The notes: generated by a model from the sequence alone, not told the origin. A DNA stretch of 57,997 bases, filler included, from Nitrospirota bacterium (GCA_016180645.1; 3 parts of 3 records of this genome joined end to end with filler, not necessarily neighbours in it); one strand, 5' to 3'; shown: positions 29,186-40,937, counted from the first letter of the whole stretch. Made by a program: numbers and translations.

Positions 29186-30175
29186 ATGCTTCGAACTCAA
29201 CTGACCGATCTGCTCGGGATTCGTCATCCCGTTATCCAAGGGGGACTCCAATGGTTGGCCACCGCTGAACTGGCGTCGGCGGTCTCTAATGCCGGCGGAC
29301 TGGGCACGATCTGCGCCCTGTCGTTCGGCTCGGCCGACGAATTTCGCAGCGAACTGAAGCGGATGAAGGACAGGACCGACAAGCCGTTCTGCGTGAATCT
29401 CTCGATGCTTCCCATGATGGGCGACAATGAAGTCTACGGGATGTACATCGACATCCTGATCGAAGAGGGCGTAAAGGTGGTGGAGACGTCCGGCCGGAGT
29501 CCCGAAGCGTTTGTGCCGCAATTACATGGCGCGGGGATCAAGATCATCCACAAAGTTCCAGCGGTGCGGTTTGCGAAGAAAGCGGAGGGTGTGGGGGCGG
29601 ACGCGGTGACGCTCGTCGGATTCGAGTGCGGAGGCCATCCGGGACTGGACGACGTGACCAGCCTCATCCTGATTCAGAAAGCGGCGAAGACCCTCAAAGT
29701 CCCTGTCATCGCGGCGGGAGGCTACACGGATGGTCGGGGGCTCGTTGCGGCCCTCGCTCTGGGGGCGAGCGGGGTGCTGATGGGCACGCGCTTCGTGGCC
29801 ACGAAGGAATGTATCGTTCATCCCAACTTCAAGGAGTGGATGCTGAAGGCGCAAGAGACGGACACGATGATCGTGGAGCGCAGCATTCGCAATCCCGCGC
29901 GCGTGCGGCGCAACAAGGCCGCAGAGGACGTGCTGGAGCTTGAAAAGCAGGGCGCCACGCTGGCGGATCTCCTGCCACACATTGCCGGCAAGATGGGTTT
30001 GGAAGCCTATCGCTCGGGCGATCTGGACAAGGGCGTCATCGCCTGCGGTCAGGCCGTGGGGTTGGTGGACGACGTGCCGACGGTGAAGGAATTGATGGAC
30101 CGGATCATTGGCGATGCGGAAAACACGATGGACGGCCTCCGTTCCTTCCGCGTCAACGGAGCCGGGGGGCGGTAG
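29186..30175 (+). CDS. Nitronate monooxygenase / FabK-like flavin oxidoreductase
   Basis: PVIQGG, AVSNAGGLG, GFECGGH, IAAGG and GVLMGTRF motifs; SD AAGGAG. Confidence 0.9.
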   Translation: MLRTQLTDLLGIRHPVIQGGLQWLATAELASAVSNAGGLGTICALSFGSADEFRSELKRMKDRTDKPFCVNLSMLPMMGDNEVYGMYIDILIEEGVKVVETSGRSPEAFVPQLHGAGIKIIHKVPAVRFAKKAEGVGADAVTLVGFECGGHPGLDDVTSLILIQKAAKTLKVPVIAAGGYTDGRGLVAALALGASGVLMGTRFVATKECIVHPNFKEWMLKAQETDTMIVERSIRNPARVRRNKAAEDVLELEKQGATLADLLPHIAGKMGLEAYRSGDLDKGVIACGQAVGLVDDVPTVKELMDRIIGDAENTMDGLRSFRVNGAGGR

Positions 30176-30285
30176 TGGAAGGTGTCAGGACGGTAGCCGC
30201 AGCCTTTATGGCTGCGTCCAGAACGCGGGCTGAAGCCCGCGCCTACCGGAACTGACAGCCGGACGCTGATGGCTGAGAGCGGCTA

Positions 30286-31182
30286 GTGTACCAAGGCCCT
30301 GCCTGGGAAACAGTCAAGTCGGCGATCGTCGATCTGACGGACCGCTGCAACCTCCGCTGCAAGCATTGCTTCTACTACCGGGAGCAGCATGACAGCGAGG
30401 AGTTGCCCGCCGATGAACTCCTGGCCGGCCTGAAAGTCCTCCGGGACCGTCACCATGTGCAGGCCATGGCATGGTGTGGAGGCGAGCCCCTTCTGCGAAC
30501 AGACGTGCTGGAGCAGGGGGCGGCGCTCTTCCCCATGAATTGGATCTTTTCGAACGGCACGCTGCCTATCCCGGACGTTTCAAACGCGATGCAGTTCGTG
30601 TCGGTGGAAGGTCCGAAGGAGATCCACGACAAGATCCGCGGCCGCGGCACGTATGACAAGATCATGGCCACCGTCGCGAATCGTCCCGGTGAAAAGCCGA
30701 TCGTTTTTCTGCCGACGATTCACAAACTCAACGCCCCGTTCCTGGAGCAAACGATGAAGGAACTCTCGAAAATCACCAACGCATTCCTCGGAGTCGAATT
30801 CTTCACTCCGCTCAAGGAGTACCGGCCGATCAAGGGCTATCCCCACGTGGAGATCCAGAAGAAGGATTTGGACCTGACATGGGAGGAACGCGACCGGATC
30901 ATCGATCGTCTGTTCGCCCTCAAGAAGTCCTATCCGGGATTCATCGTTGTGCGCGATCGCGTTCTGGAGTTGATGCGCTCGGAGTACGCGCCCACCTGCA
31001 TCGAGAAGTGCAACATGCCGAACCGGTGCCTCACGCTCGACGTGAAACTCAATCGCAAGCAGCCGTGCGTACTCGGCAAGGACGTGGACTGCTCCAAGTG
31101 CGGCTGCATCTTCCCCTACGAGCAGCAGGCCCGAGCAGAGGAGAAGGCATCGGGCAAAGATACCCGCCCCCTGTTTTTCTGA
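30286..31182 (+). CDS. Radical SAM protein with C-terminal Cys cluster
   Basis: CNLRCKHC, GGEP, HDKIRG; C-terminal PCVLG..DCSKCGC. Confidence 0.88.
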   Translation: MYQGPAWETVKSAIVDLTDRCNLRCKHCFYYREQHDSEELPADELLAGLKVLRDRHHVQAMAWCGGEPLLRTDVLEQGAALFPMNWIFSNGTLPIPDVSNAMQFVSVEGPKEIHDKIRGRGTYDKIMATVANRPGEKPIVFLPTIHKLNAPFLEQTMKELSKITNAFLGVEFFTPLKEYRPIKGYPHVEIQKKDLDLTWEERDRIIDRLFALKKSYPGFIVVRDRVLELMRSEYAPTCIEKCNMPNRCLTLDVKLNRKQPCVLGKDVDCSKCGCIFPYEQQARAEEKASGKDTRPLFF

Positions 31183-31312
31183 AGACATGAGAAATTGCCA
31201 CGCGGCGATGGCAAATCGCCACGCAGCGGTCCCAAGTGTGGATTGAAATAGTCCACGTGTAACTTAGCGTGATCCCGCCGAAACCACGCTTTTTCAAACT
31301 CCTGGCTTGTCT

Positions 31313-31327
31313 TGGCGCAAATGTTGC
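31313..31327 (+). promoter_or_regulatory. Possible sigma54 promoter
   Basis: TGGCGCAAATGTTGC (GG-N10-GC), 39 nt upstream of ATG 31366. A direct repeat AAAT(T/C)GCCACGC(G/A)GCG lies at about 31192-31228. Confidence 0.45.
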
Positions 31328-31365
31328 GCATCCCTCGGCATGGCTTTGACCCAAAGGAGGCAATC

Positions 31366-33105
31366 ATGAAGAACCAATCCATCACCACCGTTTCGCTTGG
31401 AATCATGCTTTTCCTGTTCAACGTAGCCGCGTCGCCGGGCGGATGCGGAGGGACGGAAGAGAAGCCGAAACAAACGACCACGACGGCGACGGAGCCGGCG
31501 CAACCCACGACAGCGGCTACTTCGACCGCGGAGCCGACGGCATCGATCGCGGCGCCCGTTCCGGCGAAAATTGAGGTCGCGCTGCCGACTACCGCCCTCA
31601 AGATAAGAGATACCCAGCAGCTCACCGTCGTTGTGAAAGACAAGGACGACAAGGAAGTGACGGGCGCCACGGTGAAGTGGTCCAGTTCGGACGAGAAGGT
31701 CGTGACCGTCGATGCGACGGGGAAGGTCACGGTGGTTGGAGCGGGCAACGTGACGCTGAAGGCCTGTGTGGAGAACGTGTGCGGCGAGGCCACGCTCGTC
31801 ATCAAGGCCCTTGGCATTCCGCCCGATGTGGCCATGGCGCGTGTCGTTACGGCCGGTTCGACGTCCATGAGCGTGGGCGGCGGATCTCTCAAAGGCGGCG
31901 GGTCGGTTCGGAGCGCGACGCTTGAGCCTCTGCCCGGAGCTCCGCCCCGCTGGATGGGCTGGGTGGACGGTGCCGCGGACATGGGCTTGTTCGCGTCGCC
32001 CCGGCTCTACGTGAAAACCAGCGATCCCCTGTGTGATTCGGCGGCCGACCCGGTCGGCGCGGACGGCGTGCCCCTGTGGAAAGTCCCTACTTCATCGGGC
32101 ATTGCCGCCGGCACGTTCTACTGTCTCTTGAAGGCCGAGATCGGCCCGCCCAAGACGGTTCCTTCCGCTCTCGCGGCGGTTCGGAAACCGATCTGCGCCA
32201 TTCTCAAGCTGGTTCCCTACGAACAACTCAAGTTCGACGGGGCGAAGCAGGAGATCAAGGGTCCGAAACCCGCCGAGTGCTATCCGGAAGGAGGAGGAGG
32301 GGAGAGCAGGCAGTTCGGCCCGGGGACTGGCGAGACCGCGTTCACGGGCGATATGGTGTTGGCCCTCATTGCCAATCGACCGGGCGCTCTCGGCAAGAGC
32401 GGGTCTTGGGACGAGAGCTTCGACATCGATTGGCTGGTCAACGAGCGCGGGAAATCCGGCGGCCAACGAAAACTCGCGACCAAGTCCGGCGACGGGTGGA
32501 TTGCGGCGGCCTCCGTATTTACCACGGGCACGAACACGGACGGCTTTGCCTACTACCTCGATTGGAAGAACGGCATCGTCCGTTTTGAGCAGAAGACGCA
32601 GCATTTCGACGCGCCGACGACCGAGCAGGATTGTTGCTACAGCACGCACGCCCGCCTTCTTGTGAAAGGCAAGGTGGACGAGAACGGCGTGTTCAGCGAG
32701 GTGACCCATTTCGAGGGAGTGCACAGCCAGCTCACTTCGTCGAGATTTACGCTGCCGGGGCTGACCGCCGACCCCAATCCAATCGACAAGGCGAAACTGC
32801 TCAGCATCCGCGGGAATCCGAAGGACGGGTACAAGACCCACGAGTATTGTAATCTGGCCCAATGCGGGCAGAGCGGGGGCGCTACTCTCTCCCCGCTGTC
32901 GACGTCGTCTTACATCGACAAAGTGGCATGCTCCGGCGATGTCGGCGCGACATGCGCGGGAAACGACGGCATCAAGATCACCAAAGCGTCGGACCTCGAT
33001 TTCACGATGCTTCCTTCGGCGCCGACGTACACGTCCACGACGACGTGGTTCAACTCCCTTGGTGTTCTCAGCTACGACGCCGTTACCTGGGCGGACACGC
33101 AGTAG
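31366..33105 (+). CDS. Exported/lipoprotein with Ig-like (Big_2) domain and Cys-containing unknown domain
   Basis: SD AGGAGG, signal peptide with GGC, Thr-rich linker, VKWSSSDEKVVTVDATGKVTVVGAG. Confidence 0.8.
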   Translation: MKNQSITTVSLGIMLFLFNVAASPGGCGGTEEKPKQTTTTATEPAQPTTAATSTAEPTASIAAPVPAKIEVALPTTALKIRDTQQLTVVVKDKDDKEVTGATVKWSSSDEKVVTVDATGKVTVVGAGNVTLKACVENVCGEATLVIKALGIPPDVAMARVVTAGSTSMSVGGGSLKGGGSVRSATLEPLPGAPPRWMGWVDGAADMGLFASPRLYVKTSDPLCDSAADPVGADGVPLWKVPTSSGIAAGTFYCLLKAEIGPPKTVPSALAAVRKPICAILKLVPYEQLKFDGAKQEIKGPKPAECYPEGGGGESRQFGPGTGETAFTGDMVLALIANRPGALGKSGSWDESFDIDWLVNERGKSGGQRKLATKSGDGWIAAASVFTTGTNTDGFAYYLDWKNGIVRFEQKTQHFDAPTTEQDCCYSTHARLLVKGKVDENGVFSEVTHFEGVHSQLTSSRFTLPGLTADPNPIDKAKLLSIRGNPKDGYKTHEYCNLAQCGQSGGATLSPLSTSSYIDKVACSGDVGATCAGNDGIKITKASDLDFTMLPSAPTYTSTTTWFNSLGVLSYDAVTWADTQ

Positions 33106-33258
33106 GGAATGTGGAGATGTGAGACGGGGTCATGTCGTCATCTCGGGCGCTGCGCCAGCCGAAACGTGCCGAGCGTGAGGAGGATGCAGAGGAGCCAGCA
33201 GGGGAAGGTGTACGGGAGGCGCATGCCCTCGCCGAGGGAGGATACTCAGGCGGGCGCC

Positions 33259-33654
33259 TCAGTCGACTTCGGTGATGTCGGGGTCGTGCATGTCGCGGCC
33301 GACGCGGACCTCAGTGTCGCCATTCCTGTTGAGCACGCTGATGTCCCACATCTGCATGGTCCCAGCGCCGATCAGCATTTGCTGGCGCAGGTCGGGAGAG
33401 ACAAGCGCATACGCCTCGATCATCTTGCCCTCCAGCCTCAGCACGAGGTAGGTTGTGCCGGCGACATGGACCTCTCCCCCCTGACCGGCTGTTTTCAGGG
33501 ATCGGGTCTCAGGAGAGTGGAGGACGGGGGTATCCTTCGGGAGCACGTCCAGTCGAATGATCGTATGGAATGACCCGGTATCGATGACGGCCTGCACATC
33601 CACGGACTTGGATTCGCTGGTCGTGATTCTGATCTCGCGAGTAGGCTTGCTCAC
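33259..33654 (-). CDS. Retropepsin-like (clan AA) aspartyl protease
   Basis: AVIDTGS and MLIGAG motifs. Confidence 0.75.
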   Translation of the reverse strand: MSKPTREIRITTSESKSVDVQAVIDTGSFHTIIRLDVLPKDTPVLHSPETRSLKTAGQGGEVHVAGTTYLVLRLEGKMIEAYALVSPDLRQQMLIGAGTMQMWDISVLNRNGDTEVRVGRDMHDPDITEVD

Positions 33655-33696
33655 GGAGTTATTCTAGACTCAGGACAATGCGAAGTAAACGCGGGG

Positions 33697-35996
33697 TCAG
33701 GGCAGGCTGGTCACCGTGACGGGGGTGAGGCGGTTGACCGTCGTTCCATCGCCGAGTTCACCTTCACCGTTGTAGCCCCAGCATTTCACCGTGCCGTCGG
33801 CAAGAAGAGAACAGGAGTGACTATATCCCCCCGCCACGGCTACAGCGGCGCTGAGCGCCGACACGCCGACGGGTGTTGACTTATCCACGGTTGTCCCTTC
33901 CCCGAGCTGGCCGCTGCCACTGGTTCCCCAGCACTTGACCGTTCCGTCCGAAAGAAGCGCGCAGGTGTGGGCGTTCCCTCCCGCGACGGAGATCGCTCCG
34001 GACAGGGAGGAGACGGCCACGGGCATCCATCTGTCCGCCGTCGTCCCGTCCCCAAGCTGGCCGTAGAGATTGTACCCCCAGCACCTCACCGTCCCATCTG
34101 AAAGAAGCGCGCAGGTGTGGGTGTTCCCTGCCGCGGCGGAGATCACACCTGAAAGGGATGTGACGACAACGGGTGTCGTCTTTTGAACCGTCGTCCCATC
34201 CCCAAGGTTGCCATAGAGATTGCTTCCCCAGCATTTGGCGGTCCCGTTTGAGAGGATCGCACAGGAGTGCTGGAACCCACCCGCAGCGGCGATCGCGCCG
34301 GAGAGGGAGGAGACGGCCACGGGCGTTGACTTGTCCACCACCGTCCCATCCCCAAGTTGACCGGTGGCATTGTAGCCCCAACACTTTACCGTCCCGTCCG
34401 AAAGAAGCGCGCAGGTGTGATAACGCCCACCTGCGGTCGTGATCACACTGGAAAGAGTTGAGACGGCCACGGGCGTCGTCTTCTGAACCGTCGTCCCATC
34501 TCCAAGCTGGCCATTGCCGTTATCCCCCCAGCACTTCACGGTCCCGTCTGAAAGAAGCGCGCAGGTGTGATTCTGCCCTCCCGCCGTTGCGATCGCACTC
34601 GACAGGGAACTCACGGCGACCGGTGTGATCGAATTGGTTGTCGATCCGTTCCCAAGCTGGCCCTTGCCGTTGTACCCCCAACACTTCACCGTGCCGTTCG
34701 AAAGGAGCGCGCAGGTGCGGTTGCCGATGTGGTTGGTGAGGCCTTCGCGGAAGGGGCGGGCGGGGGCGCCGGAGGCGGTCGATACGTGCAGTCGGGGGAG
34801 TTTGACGCCGAACGGGCCGGTGAGGCTTGTGACGGCCACGGGGGTCAGCCTCGTGGCGGTCGTTCCGTCGCCGAGTTGTCCCGAACTGTTGAGGCCCCAG
34901 CACTTTGCCAGACCGTCCGATCCGAGTGCGCAGGTGTGGTTGCCGCCGCCGGCAATCATGGCCACCCCTGAGAGCGTGGAGACGGTAACCGGGGTCGTCC
35001 GGTTGGACGTTGTACCGTCGCCCACGTAGCTTCCTGTTCCCCAGCATCGGACCGTGGCGTCAGACAACAGTGCGCAGGTGTGGAGCCCTGCGGCGCCCAA
35101 GGCAACGACATTCGAGAGCGTCGACACTCCGACGGGAGTGGATTTATTCGCGGTCGTTCCATCGCCAAGGCGACCCGAGCCGTTGCTCCCCCAACATCTG
35201 ACCGTTCCGTCCGTAGAGAGGGCGCAGGAGTGGCTGGAGCCATTGCTGATCGCGACGATTCCGGAGAGGCTGGAAACGTTGACAGGCGTCGACTTGTTCG
35301 CTGTCGTCCCATCTCCGAGTTGGCCGGTGCCGCTCGATCCCCAGCATTTCACCAGTCCATCCGCTGTGAGCGCACACGTATGGTAGGCGCCGCCTCCGGC
35401 GATGGCCACCGCTCCGCTGAGAGAGGTAACGGCCACCGGCGACCACTTATCTGAGACTGTCCCGTCGCCCAATTCACCGTCGCCGTTGTATCCCCAGCAC
35501 TTCACTTTTCCATCTACGATCAGGGCGCAGGAGTGGAAATCCCCTCCGGCGATCGCCACGGCGCCGGACAGAGAGCTCACGGCCGTCGGCGTGAGTCTCC
35601 CAATGGTCGTCCCGTCCCCGAGCTGGCCTTGGCCATTGCCACCCCAACATCGGACGCCGCCGTCCACGACGAGTGCGCACGAATGCCGGTATCCTCCGCT
35701 AAACGCCACAACCCCGGTCAGAGACGTCACGGTCACAGGCGTCGATCGATCGGTGGTCGTGCCGTCCCCGATCTGCCCGAATTGGTTCAAGCCCCAGCAT
35801 CGTCCGGTGCCATCCGTGGCGAGGGCACAATTGTGAGAGTTGATGGCGGCTATGGTTTGCATGGTTGAGGTGCTTCCGCAGACGCCGCCTTCGTCGCTGG
35901 AGCCGTCGCAGTCGTTGTCTTTGGTGTCGCAGATTTCGGCGGAGGGCGAGCCGGCGGTGGCGCTGCACTGAGTGCCGGAGCCATCGGTCTTGCATG
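33697..35996 (-). CDS. RCC1/BLIP-II repeat surface protein with upstream Cys-rich metal-binding motif (5' truncated by the gap)
   Basis: Many HTCALLSDGTVKCWG.N..GQLGDGT repeats. The frame extends upstream of 35862 as CKTDGSGTQCSATAGSPSAEICDTKDNDCDGSSDEG. Confidence 0.9.
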
Positions 35997-36096
35997 NNNN
36001 NNNNNNNNNNNNNNNNNNNNNNNNNNNNNNNNNNNNNNNNTTAATTAATTAANNNNNNNNNNNNNNNNNNNNNNNNNNNNNNNNNNNNNNNNNNNN
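35997..36096. other. Artificial contig linker
   Basis: N-run, TTAATTAATTAA, N-run. Confidence 0.98.
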
Positions 36097-36230
36097 GTAG
36101 CGCCCGATTTTACATCGGGCGAGAGGTCGTCCGGTATGAAACCGGACGCTACGAAGAAAAGGATCCGGCCCGCGGCAGATGTAACCCTAATGATTGAACA
36201 ACCCCCAACCCGATCTGAACCCGAATCCCC

Positions 36231-37751
36231 TCACCCCCTCCATCTGAAATACCGCTCCAGCCATCGGCGCAACGAGGGGGTCAGCCGGGCCCGATTGTAG
36301 GCGTCTCCCAACCGCTTGATCGCCTCCGATTGAGTTGGATAGGGGTGGATCGTTGCCGCGATCTTGGCGAGTCCCACGCCGGCCGTCATCGCCAGCGAGA
36401 ATTCTGAAATCATTTCTCCCGCGTGGGCGGCAACCACCGTGGCTCCGAGGATCCGGTCCGTTCCCGCTCGCAGATGGACCCGCGAAAAGCCTTCGGTTTC
36501 GCCATCCAGCACCGCCCTGTCAATCTCGCGCAATTCGACGGTAAGAGTCTGAACCGGGATTCCGCGCTCTTTCGCCTCCCGTTCGTACAGACCCACGTGG
36601 GCGATTTCCGGATCGGTGTAGGTACACCATGGGATCGTCAACGCACTCGCCTTCTTTCGTCCGAAAAACAGGGCGTTCTGGACAACGATCCGCGCCATCG
36701 CGTCCGCCGCGTGAGTGAATTTGTACATTGAACAGATGTCCCCCGCCGCGTAGATGCGCGGATTGCTCGTCTGGAGCCTGTTCGACACCTTTACGCCCGC
36801 CCTCGAATCGTATTCGACTCCGGCGGCCTCGAGGTTCAATCCCTCGACATTCGGCGCCCGGCCGACACCGACGAGAATCTCATCCACCTCGATGTGCCCC
36901 GATTGCCCGGCGCATTCCAGCCGGATCTTCCTCGAATCGCCCTGCCTCTCCACGCTCAGGATCTTGCAGCCCAGAACCAGATTCACGGCATCCTTCGCCA
37001 GTGCCGACTGCACTCGTTCCGCCGCGTCGCCGTCCTCCCGCATGAGAATGTGCGGCGCCGCCTCAAGCAGGTGTACTTTCGACCCGAACCGGGCGAACGC
37101 CTGGGCCATCTCGCAGCCGATGGGCCCGCCCCCGATGACCGCCAGCCGCGGGGGGAGCCTCGTGAGTGAAAAGACCGACTCATTCGTGAGTGAACCGGCT
37201 TCGGCAAGACCAGGGATCGGCGGCACCGCCGCCCGCGCCCCGGTCGCAAGGACGGCCTTCTTGAAATGAAGTCGTCGTCCGTCGGCGCTGATGGTGGAAG
37301 GACCCTCGAACCGGGCGTCGGCGAGAAAGACATCCACGCCGAGCTTTCGGAATCGATCCACGGAATCGTTGGGACTGATCTGCGCCCGCAGGCGTCGCAT
37401 TCTTTCCATGACCCTCGGAAAATCAACCCGGCCGCCGGCAGGGATGGTCGTGCCGAATTCGTCCGCGCGCCGCACTTCGGCCGCCGATCGGGACGCGCGT
37501 ATCAGCGCCTTCGAGGGCACGCATCCCACGTTCAAGCAATCACCGCCCATCAGGTGCCGCTCCACAAGCGCAACCTTGGCCCCCAGCGAGGCGGCGGCGG
37601 AAGCCGTCACGAGTCCGGCGGTCCCCGCCCCGATCACCACGAGGTTGTACCGCGATGCCGGTTCAGGATTGATCCAGTCCGGTGGATGGGCATTGGCGAG
37701 CAGGGCTCGGTTGTACTCGTCGTCGGGTTTGAGGGACGGCGACGCTTTCAC
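36231..37751 (-). CDS. Pyridine nucleotide-disulfide oxidoreductase (mercuric reductase/lipoamide dehydrogenase-like)
   Basis: IGAGTAG, GGDCLNVGCVPSK, GGGPIG and HPYPTQSE. No C-terminal CC pair as in true MerA. Confidence 0.9.
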   Translation of the reverse strand: MKASPSLKPDDEYNRALLANAHPPDWINPEPASRYNLVVIGAGTAGLVTASAAASLGAKVALVERHLMGGDCLNVGCVPSKALIRASRSAAEVRRADEFGTTIPAGGRVDFPRVMERMRRLRAQISPNDSVDRFRKLGVDVFLADARFEGPSTISADGRRLHFKKAVLATGARAAVPPIPGLAEAGSLTNESVFSLTRLPPRLAVIGGGPIGCEMAQAFARFGSKVHLLEAAPHILMREDGDAAERVQSALAKDAVNLVLGCKILSVERQGDSRKIRLECAGQSGHIEVDEILVGVGRAPNVEGLNLEAAGVEYDSRAGVKVSNRLQTSNPRIYAAGDICSMYKFTHAADAMARIVVQNALFFGRKKASALTIPWCTYTDPEIAHVGLYEREAKERGIPVQTLTVELREIDRAVLDGETEGFSRVHLRAGTDRILGATVVAAHAGEMISEFSLAMTAGVGLAKIAATIHPYPTQSEAIKRLGDAYNRARLTPSLRRWLERYFRWRG

Positions 37752-38386
37752 GGGGTGGGCAAACTTTCACGCAGGCTGCGCCGCGCAAGGCGGGTGACAA
37801 AGAGCGTGACTCCGATCGTGGCCAGCAATCCCGCCCAATAGAACGCCTTTCCCGCGGTGCCTGCCTCCGGCGCCCTCCCCCCGATCAATTGCGTCGCTTC
37901 CGTGACCAACGATCCCAGGTATACATAAAGAAAAGTTCCAGGCAACATCCCGATGAAAGAGCCCAGGACGTACTTGGGGAGACTGATCCGCGTCAGACCG
38001 AAGGCGTAGTTGACCAGCGTGAAGGGAAATATCGGGCTGAGTCGGATGAGCACGAGGATCTTAAGCGCCTCCCGGCCGATCGCTTGATCCAGCCCTTTGA
38101 ATTTCGGACTACCCGCCATGCGCCGGCTGATCCAATCGCGGGCGAGGGTTCGCCCGAGAAGGAAGGCGCCCGTGGCGCCGAGCACACTGGCCGGTGAAAC
38201 GATGGCGGTCCCGACCAGCGGTCCGTACACAAAACCCGCCGCCAGCGTGAGGATCGAGCCGGGCAGAAACGCGACGGTCGCTGCCGCATAGATCACTACA
38301 AACGCCGTCGCCCCGATCGCGCCGGCGCCGCGGATCCAGTCAATGCCGGAGAGGGCCCAGTCGCTCAGCAGCACCCCGGCCCGCAC
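37748..38386 (-). CDS. TVP38/TMEM64 (DedA/SNARE-associated) membrane protein
   Basis: FLPGSILTLAAG and LIRLSPIFPFTLVNYAFG motifs; start may be 38374. Confidence 0.9.
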   Translation of the reverse strand: MRAGVLLSDWALSGIDWIRGAGAIGATAFVVIYAAATVAFLPGSILTLAAGFVYGPLVGTAIVSPASVLGATGAFLLGRTLARDWISRRMAGSPKFKGLDQAIGREALKILVLIRLSPIFPFTLVNYAFGLTRISLPKYVLGSFIGMLPGTFLYVYLGSLVTEATQLIGGRAPEAGTAGKAFYWAGLLATIGVTLFVTRLARRSLRESLPTP

Positions 38387-40923
38387 CTTTCCGACTCGGC
38401 TGCCGCCGTCTCCGCAATCTCAAACGCCAAGGTCTTCGCGTTTTCCTCCGCCTCCAGCACAACGAACGAACCCGCATACGGCGCATGCCTCAATTTCGCC
38501 GCCGTATCCGTGCAAACCTCCACCGGTTCGTTTCGCGGAAACAGGTGCCCCTCCTCGTCAATCGCCGCCTTGAACGGTCCCGCATAAATAGCCCGCTGGC
38601 CGATGTACCGGCAACCGTCCTTCTTCTCGAATTTGAATCCCTCGACCGTGATGGAAGAAAAATGAAGTCCCTCCACTTCCCTCCATGGTTTCTTGTCGAT
38701 CAGGCGCAGGCCGTAGAAGCCGGACTTCTCCAAACCCGCGAGAAACTCCTCCTCGGTCAGCGCCCCGGTGATGCAGGCGCCGCGGAGCTGGATGTCCCTC
38801 TGAAGTTCCATCGAGACTGTGCGATCGGACACAATATCCGAGATGACCGCCCGACCGTGGTCCCTGAGCACTCTCCACATCTCGGCGAAGACCGCTTTCT
38901 TGTCCGGCGAAAGATTGATCACGCAATTGGACATGACCAGATCCGCAGTCCGGTCTTCCACCGGCACGTGCTCCAAGTATCCCTTCCGGAACTCCACCGC
39001 GTTGTAGCCCAGGCGGTCGGCCACCTCGGTCCCACATCGGCGGGCCACGTCCAGCATTTCGTCCGTCATGTCGACCCCGATGGCGCGGCCGTTCGGTCCG
39101 ACTTTCTTTGCCGCGATGAAGCAGTCGATCCCCGCGCCCGAGCCGAAGTCCACGACCACTTCGCCTTCCCGAATCCGGGCCGCGGCCACCGGCCCGCCGC
39201 AGCCGTAGAATCGGTCGATCACATCCTGGGGGATATGGCCCAAGTCCTCCGAGTCATATTTCACGGGGCAACAGAGCGCCTCCTGTGGTTCTTTCGCCGC
39301 GGCAGCGTAGAACGAACGAACGTCCTCCCGCATATGCGCGATGTCGGACGCGAGGTGGCACGACGAATGGCCCAGGGCCACGCCGTTCCGACCCCGCGTG
39401 AGCGCCGATTCCTGTCCGCAAAGGATCGCGTCGCCCATGGACCGCAAAACGACCGGGGCGTTGAAGCCCGATCGGGGATTCGGGGCACCCCCATCCCCCG
39501 CAAGATGCGCCGCCGAACTCGCCTCGCTGAGCAGGATGTCCTCCAGCGCGGTCTTATACAGATCGCAAAAGGGATCGTGGGCGTGGAAACCGTCGCCCGC
39601 GCGCCGCGACCGGCCGTTCTGGGAGTAGAAATAGCCGTGTTCAATCTCCCCCCCCCCGCAGATGAACCGCCACGTGCACGATCGGCACATCTCCTTATTG
39701 ATGACCGATACTTTGCGGGTTTCGGCCAGCACTTCAGAGCTCCTCCAGATCGACTCCAAGGGCGATTCCAAAACATTCCCGCAAGACAGCGCGGGATAGC
39801 CGGCAGTCGAGGCCGACGGGAACACGCGCCCGTCGGCATAGACGCACAGGCTCTCAAAACCGGCGCTGGAGTGGTCCATCTTCACCCCGCGACGCCCGTG
39901 AATGCGGGCGCGGAAAGACTCGAAGTTGTCGACCGTCACGCCAACCTCCGCGCCCGCCTCTTTCGCTTCCCGGAGAACTTCAAGACATTCGAGCGCCGAC
40001 AAGCTGAATTGACCGTTCATGGCCGCCGACCTTCCGCGGTGATGCGGCCAAATCAGGTGGTGGCTTTTCACGCCCAGGGTCGCGAGCAGACGCGTGACCT
40101 CCGCAACCTTGTGCCGGTTGGCGGCATTCACAACCGTTGTGACAATCGGTGCAAAGCCAGCCGCCTGCGCCGATCGGATTCCGCGAAGGATGGGATCGAA
40201 GCTGCCCTTCCCTCGGATCGGGTCGTTTGTTTCCGCATCCGGCCCGTCCAGGCTGATTTGGAGGACCAACGGGCGCCCGGAGTAATCCCGTAATCGATCC
40301 AGCGTCGGCCCTTTGAAAAGCATCCCATTGGTCAGGATGACCAGTTTCCGGTCGGGACGGCTCAGGACGAAATCCATCAGCTCGAAAATATCTTTGCGCA
40401 GGAACGGCTCGCCTCCCGTGAAGTAGACCTGGCCGGTTCCCAGATCGAACGACTGCCGTAGGATGGCTTTCCACTGATCCGTGGAGAGTCCCTGATCCTC
40501 CTTCGGACCGGAAGAAACGAGGCAGTGGGAACACGAAAGATTGCAGGAATTGTTGAGATGGAGCCAGATCTCGCGGAGACCCGTGAGTTGGAGAATCTCG
40601 CTTCGCCCTAGATAGCCCGGCCGCGCCGCAAACGGCTCGTCGCTCACGAAGCCCGCGCGGGCGGCATCCTTGATGAACGTTGCGCAATGGACCCAAGCGG
40701 CGGCCGTGGGTGTTCCCGTCTCAGCGGAGTACCTTCGGACAACGGCGTCGAATGACGTTGTTCCATCCAGCCCTTCGAGAATCTTCGCTCCTCGCGAATC
40801 CGTGCTGATCCAGTTCGGCCCCTCGGGATCCAGGAAGACGACCATTCCATCCCGCTCCTTCCGAACGAAATCCGGCACGTGCCAAACCGTTTGATCGGTG
40901 AACAGCATTTGCGAACGATCCAT
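38365..40923 (-). CDS. Fusion: PqqD/RRE-like domain + radical SAM/SPASM + ArsM-like methyltransferase
   Basis: [19 protein letters not shown]-like [13 protein letters not shown]; ArsM-type [32 protein letters not shown] and CGPGCC tail. Confidence 0.88.
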   Translation of the reverse strand: MDRSQMLFTDQTVWHVPDFVRKERDGMVVFLDPEGPNWISTDSRGAKILEGLDGTTSFDAVVRRYSAETGTPTAAAWVHCATFIKDAARAGFVSDEPFAARPGYLGRSEILQLTGLREIWLHLNNSCNLSCSHCLVSSGPKEDQGLSTDQWKAILRQSFDLGTGQVYFTGGEPFLRKDIFELMDFVLSRPDRKLVILTNGMLFKGPTLDRLRDYSGRPLVLQISLDGPDAETNDPIRGKGSFDPILRGIRSAQAAGFAPIVTTVVNAANRHKVAEVTRLLATLGVKSHHLIWPHHRGRSAAMNGQFSLSALECLEVLREAKEAGAEVGVTVDNFESFRARIHGRRGVKMDHSSAGFESLCVYADGRVFPSASTAGYPALSCGNVLESPLESIWRSSEVLAETRKVSVINKEMCRSCTWRFICGGGEIEHGYFYSQNGRSRRAGDGFHAHDPFCDLYKTALEDILLSEASSAAHLAGDGGAPNPRSGFNAPVVLRSMGDAILCGQESALTRGRNGVALGHSSCHLASDIAHMREDVRSFYAAAAKEPQEALCCPVKYDSEDLGHIPQDVIDRFYGCGGPVAAARIREGEVVVDFGSGAGIDCFIAAKKVGPNGRAIGVDMTDEMLDVARRCGTEVADRLGYNAVEFRKGYLEHVPVEDRTADLVMSNCVINLSPDKKAVFAEMWRVLRDHGRAVISDIVSDRTVSMELQRDIQLRGACITGALTEEEFLAGLEKSGFYGLRLIDKKPWREVEGLHFSSITVEGFKFEKKDGCRYIGQRAIYAGPFKAAIDEEGHLFPRNEPVEVCTDTAAKLRHAPYAGSFVVLEAEENAKTLAFEIAETAAAESERCGPGCC

Positions 40924-40937
40924 ATCTCTGCCTCCCA

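Noticed and set aside
33697-35862. ~150-bp DNA periodicity as a non-coding repeat array or DGR
   Set aside because: Explained by RCC1 protein repeats; no reverse transcriptase is present.
36231-37751. Calling this gene merA
   Set aside because: It lacks the C-terminal Cys-Cys pair and NmerA domain, and no mer genes are nearby.
38365-38373. CC-TGA end of the rSAM::ArsM fusion as a further Sec codon
   Set aside because: A CC tail is a normal ArsM-type terminus. Read-through gives only a short unremarkable extension overlapping the TVP38 gene.
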